A DNA stretch of 64,000 nt, from positions 124,001-188,000 of the forward strand of contig NIVC01000659.1 in the NCBI GenBank assembly GCA_002269645.1, given 5' to 3'. The stretch comes from Macrostomum lignano. Taxonomy: Eukaryota. This document shows, piece by piece, positions 12,800 to 24,464 of the stretch (its first letter is position 1; each line of letters starts with the position of its first letter). The translations under genes and the position numbers were made by a program. Below the pieces are notes generated by a model, which saw nothing but the letters and a program-made list of their open reading frames with translations, ran no database searches and was not told the DNA's origin.

Positions 12800-13125
12800 C
12801 AGGCGCACCCTCCCGATATGTATGCCCACCCTCCCGATATGTATGCCCACCCTCCCGATATGTATGCCCACCCTCCCGATATGTACCCCGATATGTACAC
12901 CCTCCCGATATGTATGCCCACCCTCCAGAGCAGCAGGCGCCCATGCCGCAGACGCCCATGCCGCCGGCACCCCGAGTGTACACTCTCCCGAGCCAAAGGT
13001 ACACTCTCCCCAGTACGGGTGTACACTCTCCCAATACAGGTGTACACTCTCCCAATACAGGTGTACACTCTCCCAATACAGGTGTACACTCTCCCAATAC
13101 AGGTGTACACTCTCCCGATATGTAG
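12800..13125 (+). repeat. Composite repeat block, copy 1 (cctcccgatatgtatgcccac plus gtgtacactctcccaatacag arrays)
   Basis: Near-identical block at 15523-15850. Confidence 0.85.
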
Positions 13126-15522
13126 TCAACGATACGTACCCCGCAGGCCCCCTATACCTCACACCCTGCCCCCCACCTAGCCTCTTCCCCTCTCTCACCC
13201 GCATCTCAACTAGCGAAATCGAACTCAGGTCGCGCCCATACTAGGCCACTACACGGTTGGGTATAGGAAGTTTCAGCCCCGATGCTGACGCAGCCCTGTA
13301 CAGTGAGCGTGTACGGGCAGAGAGGGGTGGGTGGACAGAGAGCCAGTCACTAGGTTGTTATACTGTTGAAGCATAGGGAGCGAGAAGTTTTAACCCCGAC
13401 GCTGACGCAGCCCTGTACAGCGAGCGTGTACGGGCAGAGGGTGGGTGGAAAGAGATGTGAACAACACAGCCTGCTGCAGGAGCCGGATAGAGAGGCGCAT
13501 GCTAGGACAGAGAGGCAGTGTGAGTCACACACACCCCACAGAGAGAACCGTACAGAGGATAGAGAGCTCCCTCCCCAGTTGCAGGGGACAGAGAGGCAAG
13601 CAGGGTATGCAGGGGCATGCGATCAGTCAAGGGGCCACGCGAGGATAGAGTGGAGGAGCAGAGATGTGTATGGACAGAGAGCAGGCCACGCGTGCGTAGT
13701 GTGAGGGAACAGAAACATATGGAGCAGGAGGGAGATAGGGAGCAAACGCTCTGGGTAAGGGAGCCACACAAGGGAGCCATGCAGCAGGGAGCAGTGTACA
13801 GTGAGACACGGGCAGGGGTGGAGCCGTGCGTGGACAGAGCTGAACGGCACGGTCAGCTGCAGGAATAGGATGATAGAGAGGCGCGGAGAGGAGGGGGGCA
13901 GAGAGCAGTGTGCAGGGGTAGGCAGCCACGCAGGCTGGGGAACAGAGAGGCGCGTGTCAGCCAGTTGCAGCCCGGGACAGAGAAGGGTGAAGGGGGCCTG
14001 GGACAGAGTTGCGAGCAAGGCACAGAGAGGTAGGGTCCAGTAGCTATGTATAGACAGGGAACACACGCGAGGGCAGGACTGGGGGTAGGCATGCAAGTTG
14101 CATGCAAGGGCAGAGAGGTGTGCGCGGAGGGAGACAGAGAGCAGTGTGTAGGGGTAGGTAACAGCAAACTTTAGTAGAGGAGCGTGCGGGGACGGAGAAA
14201 CCAGTCTGAGCGTACAGAGACGTTACAGAGAGGTACACAAACAGAGACCAAAGCGGGCAGAGCACATGTGTAGAGACAGAGACGTGAGGGAGAATCGACC
14301 AAAACACGCTATGTATTATCAAAAGTTGGTTTTAGTGCAACATATTTAATAGTGGGTAGTATAATAGTATGTACATAGTAGGTATAATAGTAGTAATAAT
14401 AGTAAGTATATTAGCCCAAAAGGTAGGCTAAAACAGGCTAAACTGTGTGTACGCATCCTCGTCATCCCACAAGCCCCCTCCCCGCCAGACTCACTCTTCC
14501 AAACCCTCCTGTATTGCTGTATGAAGGAAAATATAGTGTAAAAATACAGATGTTAACCGCTAGACCGCTGAAATCAGGGCACACTAGAGGGGGTTTCGAG
14601 GGTCTGCATGCTCTATGTAAGCTGCTTGAGGAGGTTCCAGGGTGTAGGGAGGGTTTCCATTATGTTTTGAAAAAAGAACTAGGAGCTTAAATACAACGTT
14701 TTATTCAAAAGTAGGTTATTTTAATGAAATAGCTGATACAATCATTGTCGAGAGTAGAAATTTTTATAAGAAACCTGGTATTTTAGCAAAAATAAACCTT
14801 CAAACCCCATAAAATTGAATAAAAAGCAGACATTTTCAAGTAAGCAAACTACATAGAAACTACATAGAAAAGTAAGTAAACTAGGCACAAAACCAGCAAA
14901 TTTTACCTTTTTTATTTTAATGTTACTGATAGAGTAGAGAGTAGAAACTTGTGAGCGGTACGGAGTTAGAAAGTATTAGGCATTATGTATCGTATGAATT
15001 ATTAGTTCAGTACCAGCCATTGGTCAAGCGAGCATTTATGAAGTTATTACGAGCGAAGAAGGGATAGAGAGGTATATACAGGAAGACCATCGTCTCCTTC
15101 TAAACCACCACGAACAGTTTACTAAAAGAGATAAGCTTTGTCTGTGTGCAGTATGAGTAAGCGAAGGCGGGGCAAATACTTTTCCACATGCCGGACAGAC
15201 AGTATTATGCTAGGATTTCTCTCGAAATCTCGATACGTTAGTTTTTATCACACCATCCAGATGCGCCAACTAGTCAGCAGTAGTCATTTATATGTTATTA
15301 AACCTTACAAACCCAGGTCCGGTAAATATTACAAAGAGTATATTACGTACACACGCCAACCTCGAATACCAAACCATACTAGTCTACTTGCAGTGCTCCC
15401 GGAGGGAAGGGATGGTCTGGAGTTACACACCAAGAATGCATTCATACAAAGAGTACATCACTCGAGCCCAGTCCAGGCGCCCCGACATGTATGACGCAGG
15501 CAACCCTCCCGACATGTATGCA

Positions 15523-15850
15523 GCAGGCGCACCCTCCCGATATGTACCCCGATATGTACACCCTCCCGATATGTATGCCCACCCTCCAGAGCAGCAGGCA
15601 CCCATGCCGCAGACGCCCAAGCCGCAGGCACCCCGAGTGTGCACTCTCCCGAGCCAAAGGTACACTCTCCCCAGTACGGGTGTACACTCTCCCAATACAG
15701 GTGTACACTCTCCCAATACAGGTGTACACTCTCCCAATACAGGTGTACACTCTCCCAATACAGGTGTACACTCCCCGATATGAGTGTACACTCTCCCAAT
15801 ATGAGTGTACACTCTCCCGATATGTATGTCTACACCGATATGTAACCAAC
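15523..15850 (+). repeat. Composite repeat block, copy 2 (direct repeat of 12800-13125)
   Basis: Shares ccctccagagcagcaggc...gagccaaaggtacactctccccagtacgggtgtacac and both arrays. Confidence 0.85.
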
Positions 15851-17399
15851 GATATTAACACAAAATTAGGCTAGTGAAAACTACTCATAGTAGGTGAAAT
15901 TGCGTATATTTACATAAAAAGTAAGCAAAACGCATATTAAACATATCAGTAGGTGTAAATATCGGTGCATAATGCATATTACGATGCATATAGGTGTACA
16001 GACATATAGAATTAAGTATATGGGCAGCAAAAAACACACAATATAGATGCATTTTATCGATATATTGACAGAAAAGTAGGTGAAATAGACAAAATCGTAA
16101 TACAAAGCGGGTACATATCGCTTTATTAGTGGAGTAGGCGCTTGCAGATGCTAGTATAATGTAAAACATAGGTTGAAATACACATACACAGAGTAGATAC
16201 AAGTATAATACAGGTGCATATGCACACACTGTAGATTCAAATTATGTAGGTGTATAGGCTAATACACACATCGTAGAGGCAGAAGCAAGCATAATGCAGG
16301 AAAATTATGATACATATTAGTGCCCAATCTGTGCAACTCCAAGACGTTTTTCTGCAAGCGCTCCTTTGGCGTTTCGCACTGACGCTACAAAGACAGCAGT
16401 TTTCGTGCGCATCCAGTCTCTCCCAGTTCGCGTTCGATAGTTTTGGTCAAGCTCGCGATCCTCTCGTTGCATCAAAGGCATGCGTTCGTGTCTATGGACG
16501 AAGTACATGGAGCTGTTCCGCAAGTGCAAGACTTCAGCGTGTCCGTAGGCAAAGTCGGAAGATTTTTTTCTCAATAAGTTCAGGATCGAGATGTCTCGCT
16601 GCGTTTTTGCTGGTTCTGACTGGACTGTTGATTGAATGTATAGCGCTAGGGATTTTTCCCATCTGATGAAAATTTCCGTTTTGAGATGTACGAGTATCAT
16701 GGTTAAACAAAACAAAACATTAATGTTACAATAATGCAGACGAAGTGCTTCATGCCGACCATTTTGTTGCGTTGTTGATTCATTTGTTTGTATTTTTCCG
16801 TGAGGACTTTAATGGACCAGTCGAGACTCGTAGAAATACTCGTACAAATTCTACGAGCGTATGGTCTAAATAATGCTTGAAGCTGTAATCTAACGTCATG
16901 CCGACAGTTCGTCGGCTGAGCAGACAAAAAATTTTCTCACTCTGAAACTGTTCGTTTGCTGGGAAATGGGGCTGGGGAATGCGGAGTGGGGTGGGGAGCT
17001 GCCCAACAACCTCTTCGTTATAGCTGTTGTTAAATGCTGCAGTGGGTAGTTGGTCTCTTCGAATACGACGATCTACACTATTTGATAGTGTGGTAGACAA
17101 AGTCCTTGGACATTTCGGTGACAACAAGACGTTTGAGTGACAGCTTCATTAGCCTTTTCGGTGACAAGTTAAGTCATTTCAGTGACAAAGTTAGAGAATT
17201 AGACGGTGACCATTTTTTTAATACAATGCCTATACGATGTGTGGCCAGAAAGTGACGAGACTTCAGCTACAAAGACTTTCAGAACAAAAAAAGCAAATTC
17301 AGTCAACTGCAGCCTTCAAAGAAATTGCCGCCACTTTCAACACATCGCCTCAATCGCTGGTGCCAGCTCCTTATGCCGCCCTGGAAGTCCTCCTTCGTG

Positions 17400-17790
17400 A
17401 TGCCCCTCAGCACCCCTGTCACACTCTAGCTCTTTGATGGCGTCCAATCTTCAAATCTGGATCCTTTGAGTACCTGTTTCGCCCTGTGAAAGAGCCAGTA
17501 ATCACACGGCACCATATCCGGTGAATAGGGCGGGTGGCTAAACTCTGCGACCTGTCTTTTAGCCAAAAACTGTCTCGATCTTTCAATGTCCAATCGCAGC
17601 TGTTTCTGACTGTCAGTGAGGAACTTTGGCACCATCTTCAACGCTCTCTGCCGTCCATCCCGGAATCGTTTGTGTCACTCATAAACCCTTGCCTGAGACA
17701 TACATGTAGCACCATCTCTATGCACTTTACGGAAGCAGCTGGAGGCATTCTGATGGCTTCTTGCTGAGTGTCACCAATAACTTGATGTTA
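17400..17790 (-). mobile_element. Internally deleted mariner transposase relic
   Basis: SQARVYE*HKRFRDGRQSVED (HTH), VPKFLTDSQKQLR (WVPxxL-like) joined directly to HPPYSPDMVPCDYWLF...LKGSRF. Confidence 0.85.
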
Positions 17791-18266
17791 ATTAGTTGCT
17801 CGTTATTCATTTTGTGACAGCAGAGTAACAGATGTAATGAAAAATAATAAAAAGTTATGAAAACTAAAACACTTCGACACATTACTGCTTCCTATAAAAG
17901 CTGAGATGAGCTTCAAGAAGACATCGATTGACTTTAGTAAAAGCTCATATTTTCATATTTAAACAGCAATTCTCGTTACTTGAGTGGTCAACAGGAGACG
18001 GACCAGACGAATGAGGCTGAAGGCGCGGTGGTTCTTTATAGATTTTCAATTAAGAGCAATTAAGCGCAAATAGCAAAAGGGAAGAGGACGGTTGGTTTTT
18101 GGCTGAGTGCCTTGTGAATATTCATAGCCTGTTTCGCAGAACATTCTAGAATTCGGGAAGCATGTCCGCGGGAGTTTAAATTGCCTAATATGGAAGTGTA
18201 TAAGGGTTACAAGTGTGCTCGAGAATGAGACTATGAGCTTGGAGCGGCATGCAGTACGTGACATAC

Positions 18267-18267
<1 letters not shown>

Positions 18268-18314
<47 letters not shown>

Positions 18315-20340
18315 ATAATATTAATAATAATAAAAAATAATATTAATGATATTATTAATAATAATCTCACGCCCCACGCCGACCACACAAGTGACCAAAA
18401 AAGGGGGGTGTCAAATCGCACGCTTCAGGGCAAGGTCTCGAACGTACTTCACGGCCGGCTGCCTGGCTGGGAGCTCGAACGCGGCACGAACCAGAGCCGC
18501 ATGCGCCGCGTCGAGCTGCCTCTAGAGCGTCACGGTAGGCGTCCAGGTCTCAGCGTTGTACGGGAGGGCGGTCTCGACAACAGCCTGGAACAGCTGGGAC
18601 CTGGCGCTGTCCGATAGGGCCTCCGAGAGCAGCACCGCCCGAACAGAACGAAAGGCGGTCCAGGCCTTGTCGCGCCGTCTCGCCAGGACGCCGTTCATCA
18701 CGCGGGCTACCTCCGTGGCAACCCTTGCAACTCTCAGCGCCTCGACGGGGACATCGTCCGGACCGGGAGTGCGGCCTCCCAGTGCCTTGCGAGCGAACTC
18801 CAAACGTCGGTGCTGGTCACCGGACTGGTGTCGAAATCTTCCTGCCGCGACAGAGCCACCTCGGGGGCAGCGACATCTCGTCCGGCAGGGTCAGCGATGG
18901 CGCGTAGACGATGGCGGCGAAAAAGGTGCGCAGCTCATTTCTGCCCTTCTACGCAGTGTCGCCGGCCAGGTTCAACGCTGCTGTCTTCTTGACACCGGTG
19001 AGGGCGTTCACGACCGGCCAGATAGTTCTGCCGTTCAGGGCCTGACAGACGCAATCGCTCGGATTGAGTCATCAACAGCGGATTGCTGTCATCCCGTGTA
19101 GGCGTCCGCCAGGACCTTCTCGGCGTCAGATGCTGGTCGCCTGGCACGTCGCAGTTGCTCGACTGTGCGGCGGGCTTTTCGCTTGCCTTGAAATCACTTG
19201 CATTAGCGGCAGAGTCTTGGCAGTGGCAGTGGCGATAGCAGAGCTGATGATGGTGTAGTCTGGCACCTGCGCTGATCCCAGGGGGCAGTCACAGAGGTGA
19301 ACGCAAGCCTGCTGCGGGTGTCTTTGGTCTTGCAGGGCGCGGAAATATCTTCTTCTAGGGCGTTTTGGCGGCCTGTACAGCGGAATATGAAAGCCGCAGG
19401 TTGCAGTAGATCAGGCGGTGATCGGACCGAATGGCCAGGGGTTCCACGGTGTCGCAGTTCTTCAGCCGACTGCGTTCACAGTAGCGAACCAGCACGTGGT
19501 CGAGCTGCGCCAGGCGAGTCGTGGCGAAACCGCCTCGGGCGTTCTGCCTCCTCCGCTTGCAGCCGGCGAAGGTCGCTAGCTGGTGGTCTGGCTTGCGGAA
19601 ACGCGTATTGGCCGACACCAGGTCGAGCCTCGCCATCAGGTCCGCTTGCGCGGCGGTTTTGGCGTTCTGACATGACAAATGGGCAGCGCTGGAACCGCGA
19701 CGCGACGGCATTGAGGTCAACAAGCACCACCACAGTATCGCGGTGCGCCACCATCTCAAACTGCTCCGACAGGAACTCGTAGAATTCCTGGGCCTCCTGC
19801 TGATGGGCAGCCGCGCATTGCGGCGACGCAGCCTCACATCCACGCGCAGCAGTCGGGCTGACGCAGCAGACGCTCTCGCGTAGCCATGACCCCACGAGCA
19901 CGCCGACTCCTCCGCGGCCTCTGCTGTCCGCAGCGTCCAGCCGGCCCCCAGATCTTCACGGTGTAGTCCAGGCTCGGCAGTGATTGACACCTGCAGCATG
20001 ACGAGGTCCAGCCGCAGGTCTGATGCTAGCTGTGCGAGCATGCCCCTTCTCCAGGCGGACTTCAGCGTTCGGCAGCTGAAAGTGGCAAGCCTTAGAGCGC
20101 GATTTGTAACACGCGGCGGAACCGCGGTTGTTCGGGGGTCAGCGGACGATTGTTGGCAGCAGACCAGCGGAGGCGGCCTTTCGTTCGGCGGCCTCGCCGT
20201 TTGCGTTCCCTACGCCGCTCAGTGCGTCGTTGGGTGCCTCCCGTCCTGCCGCACTTGGCAGCCGCAGCACCGGGGCGCGGCTCTCCGCATTAGCCGAGGC
20301 AAGCGCTGGAGGCTCCAGCGTCACCAGGAGGCAATAGTTC
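18268..20340 (-). mobile_element. Non-LTR retrotransposon (APE endonuclease plus RT remnant), internally deleted, with a (TTA)n 3' tail
   Basis: APE motifs LATFSCRTL, DLVMLQ, VLVDLNA, ANTRF, QLDHVLV, SDHRLIY. RT-flanking TPGPDDVPVEAL and KAWTAF..LFQAVVETALPYNAETWT. (taa)n tract at 18268-18365 on the plus strand. Confidence 0.88.
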
Positions 20341-20827
20341 CATACTGCAAATAATTCAATACATACATGTACATGTACTGTACATGCAGACAATGCAGCC
20401 GAAGTACACAGCAGTAGTACAAGAAAATGCAACAGGAACCGTACACAGCAGGATTATGAGGAAATCTAACAATAAAAACAGTCTCACATACATGTACATG
20501 CATACTGCATCCGCCCCCACATATACAGTACCGGTGCTGCCAATGCTTTTCACACCTGGCCATGTAACGATTTGGATCATGTTGTTGGTTAGTTTGGATA
20601 GTGTTGGTTAGTGTTGGTTGTTTGGTGAGGTTAGTTTGGATGCGTAAAACCAAGCCAGGGTCTTTATTGACAGTAGAACTACCAAGGGTGAGGGGGGTCG
20701 AGATATTCGATATTCAAGGATTCTGCCAGGGTCGCATTTTTCCCACAAGCGCCAGTGCAGTATTCAATACACTCCTAGCCGTTGCGCCAATCAGTGCGGC
20801 CTTGTCAAGCTTCCACATTTCATCAGC

Positions 20828-21183
20828 CAGTGGCGTAGCCAGGAATTTCAATTAGGGGGGGGGGGCGGGTTAGCCTGGCTGGCCATGCCTTATGCCATTG
20901 CCACATTTGGCGCCGCAGGCACTCATTTTAGCGCCGCAGGCACTCATTTTGGCGCCGCAGGCACTCATTTTGGCGCCGCAGGCACTCATTTTGGCGCCGC
21001 AGGCACTCATTTTGGCGCCGCAGGCACTCATTTTGGCGCCGCAGGCACTCATTTTGGCGCTGCAGGCACTCATTTTGGCGCCGCAGGCACTCAATTGCCT
21101 CATGGTTTTTGGCCCAACCCCACCCCCCAGGCGATTGGGGTGGGGGCCGCGGCCCCCCTGTCACCCCCCTGGCTACGCCACTG
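20828..21183. mobile_element. hAT-type MITE with an internal 21-bp minisatellite
   Basis: Perfect TIR cagtggcgtagccagg / cctggctacgccactg; 8-bp TSD tcatcagc (20820-20827 and 21184-21191); internal ggcgccgcaggcactcatttt array. Confidence 0.92.
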
Positions 21184-22039
21184 TCATCAGCACATTGACC
21201 ACATACGTCCGCATCCACTGCACGGCCTTTACCCAGACGGAGCTTCTGGACCTTCAGAGGCTAGCTAGGTAGCTGGAGACCCTGTTGCGAACTTCTCCAG
21301 TTTCGCTGATCAAGTCTCGACATTGTGGGCAAGCCTCAACTGCTGGACATCCTTGACAGCTGGTCTCTCAAGCATTCCGTCATCCCCCCGACGCCGTCGG
21401 CAACCTTCAACATAGGGTGGAAAGTTTGACGGGTGAAAAAATGGCTCGGTATTCCTACTGTTGAAAGAGTCCTGTTAAAAGAAATCAAACACAGTGTGGC
21501 TGAAAGCCTTAATTCGCTTCCACTTACCTAGACAGTATTCGGCCAGTGTCTCTCAAGTTTGATTGCATATTTGGCATAGTGAAGTCTATGACTGATAAAA
21601 ATATGACCATTACCGCAATCGGGGACCCCGTACAGCAAACCGACGGCGTTCCGACGTCGATTACAAAAGTATTTGCTGTTACATTACATCGACAGATATC
21701 GACGTTATAAGTCAAAACCTGATAGTCGATGTAGCTGATGCAGGTACGACGTTAAAATTGCACGTATAAGCTACAGCGCTATACTGTCTTATCCTCTTGT
21801 CTCTGTTGTGTTGACATCTCAGGTGAAAACTTATTAAATCGGCCTCTATAAGATTGTTTCGCATTAGTCGTTTATAGTTTTACCGTCCCTAGCATTCAGA
21901 TGTCCACCACAATTGCTATTTAGAGGGCCATTGCTGCTTTCAGTTTTCGTGTGTAACTTGTCCCTATAGTTGCACTTGTACGCAGCCTGTGACTTTCCTG
22001 TATGAAAGACCCGATAGTTCTCCGTTTTCACAACCGTTT

Positions 22040-22850
22040 GATGTGCTCAGGAACAGCAGCACATTTGTGCATGATGTGCTCAGGAACAGCAGCACATTTG
22101 GTGCATGATGTGCTCAGGAACACCAGCACATTTGGTGCATGATGTGCTCAGGAACAGCAGCACATTGATGTGCTCAGGAACAGCAGCACATTTGGTGCAT
22201 GATGTGCTCAGGAACAGCAGCACATTGATGTGCTCAGGAACAGCAGCACATTTGGTGCATGATGTGCTCAGGAACAGCAGCACATTGATGTGCTCAGGAA
22301 CAGCAGCACATTTGGTGCATGATGTGCTCAGGAACAGCAGCACATTGATGTGCTCAGGAACAGCAGCACATTTGGTGCATGATGTGCTCAGGAACAGCAG
22401 CACATTGATGTGCTCAGGAACAGCAGCACATTTGGTGCATGATGTGCTCAGGAACAGCAGCACATTGATGTGCTCAGGAACAGCAGCACATTTGGTGCAT
22501 GATGTGCTCAGGAACAGCAGCACATTGATGTGCTCAGGAACAGCAGCACATTTGGTGCATGATGTGCTCAGGAACACCAGCACATTGATGTGCTCAGGAA
22601 CAGCAGCACATTTGGTGCATGATGTGCTCAGGAACACCAGCACATTGATGTGCTCAGGAACAGCAGCACATTTGGTGCATGATGTGCTCAGGAACACCAG
22701 CACATTGATGTGCTCAGGAACAGCAGCACATTTGGTGCATGTGCTCAGGACAGCAGCACATTTGGTGCATGTACTCAGGACAGCAGCACATTTGATGCAT
22801 GATGTGCTCAGGAACATGCAGCAGCACATTTGATGCATGATGTGCTCAGG
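22040..22850. repeat. 60-bp higher-order repeat (34-bp plus 26-bp subunits)
   Basis: Alternating gatgtgctcaggaacagcagcacatttggtgcat and gatgtgctcaggaacagcagcacatt. Confidence 0.93.
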
Positions 22851-23336
22851 AAAAGCATAAAAAACGAAGAATGATGAGATGCAAAAGAAAATCTCGCCTG
22901 CTACATATGTTTAGAGAGATACGAAGTAAAACGAATTTACACAAAGCAGCACAATGCAACCTTGACTGGGTCACCAGTTCCGATTGAAGAAAACATAGTA
23001 AAATACCAAACTGGAAAGTTTATTGAAACGGCGAGTGTATCGTAAAAAATGAATGATTTTTTTAGAATTTTTTCCAACTATTGAATAAATGGGCCAGAAG
23101 CGGCCCTCAAGCCGCTAAAGAAAAATGAGCTGCCATTGCATGCGCTGACTCCCGCCTACGCCGCGTTCACAAAGGCCCAGCGCGGTGTAATAAAGTCGGC
23201 CATAACCCCGAGCGATGTCCGAGCTAGGGCTTCCGGACTGTCCTGCATTTAAGTAAGTCAATTTCTAGAAAGTCAAGCTATCTTCGACTCTGCAGCTCTC
23301 TGAGACTCGACCAACCTCGCTAGACAAGCCGAAGCC

Positions 23337-23507
23337 ATGCTGAGATTTCTGATGCTCCTCGCCGCTCTGCTTCTGGTGGGCGCCACGCAACAGGCGGCTG
23401 CTGCTGATGAATGCAGCTGCCACCCGAATGGAGTCTGGTGCAATGGGGGAGATACGTGCAACGAAGGCTTCTGCAATAGAGATAGCCAGGGCGGCTGCTA
23501 TTTATGA
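23337..23507 (+). CDS. Small secreted six-cysteine peptide, 56 aa (MLRFLMLLAALLLVGATQQAAAADECSCHPNGVWCNGGDTCNEGFCNRDSQGGCYL)
   Basis: gccATG context, hydrophobic signal peptide ending in AAA, six Cys in a 33-aa mature part, AATAAA at 23552-23557, and a GTAAGT..CAG 43-nt candidate 5'UTR intron at 23253-23295. Confidence 0.78.
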   Translation: MLRFLMLLAALLLVGATQQAAAADECSCHPNGVWCNGGDTCNEGFCNRDSQGGCYL

Positions 23508-23636
23508 GGAACTTTGGAATGAATCGGAATCACTGAGAGCCTTTGAGTCTGAATAAATATGATAGCATTGCAGCTTCTGACCAGCTCTTTGAGCAATGCT
23601 TACATCAAATAAGCTGTGTTTGTACTGTCTTAATCA

Positions 23637-23714
23637 TTTCAGTCAGTCAGTCAGTCAGTCAGTCAGTCAGTCAGTCAGTCAGTCAGTCAGTCAGTCAGTC
23701 AGTCAGTCAGTCAG
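23637..23714. repeat. (AGTC)n microsatellite
   Basis: Directly visible. Confidence 0.95.
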
Positions 23715-24464
23715 TGTGTCTGAATGTAGAGGACGTACTTCTCTTTCTGATCGCAGTCGATAACAGCAGGCCAAGAGCTACTGCCGTCAGCCTCTAATGT
23801 ACAGGATGTCCTCTGCTCACCTTAGACGGACCTTGTTTTTCTGGGTTGCATTCTTTGCTAGTGTATATCTGTTATTGAGATTATAGATGTCTCAGCAATC
23901 CCTCCGCTTAATACCTCTTAGCATATGCACATGTACATGTATATGCTTCTTAGAGTTACATGTAGTTTGAATATGCATACACAAGCTGAGATGCTGAGAT
24001 GTCAAGGCTAATGAGGGCAATAGCTGAAATAAATGAAGGGGGTTGCTGAGATGCCTAAAGGCCAAACGTCAAAGGGAGATTCAGAGTCAGCCAAAGCTCG
24101 AAGGGAAAGCTGATATCAAGGGCGACTAAAGTAACATATGCATCTACTTAACTGGCTAATATCTTAAGCTGGATAGGTGGCTTTCATAGCCGATGATATT
24201 TGCTATAAAAACATCATTTTCCTTAAGAAACTAACGATAGTAACTGTACAAATCAAAAGTTGCATGTACGTATTGATTGAATAAAAGCTACATTGAATAA
24301 TATTTTAGGCAGTATAGTTTGAACAGTAACTCACTAATAATATCATAGACCGGTCAATCAAAAGAAATTTCTGTTAAAAAGTTGGCTCTAAATTTAACTA
24401 TAGCTACTGCATAAGTAGTAGATAACGCATATTTACAAAAACCAAAATCTTGAGTAGAAGGACG

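Noticed and set aside
16317-16715. Possible piggyBac-like Cys-rich C-terminus (CCLCS..RKTSWSC) on the minus strand
   Set aside because: Only a partial Cys pattern in a broken frame, with no DDD motifs or TTAA ends identified.
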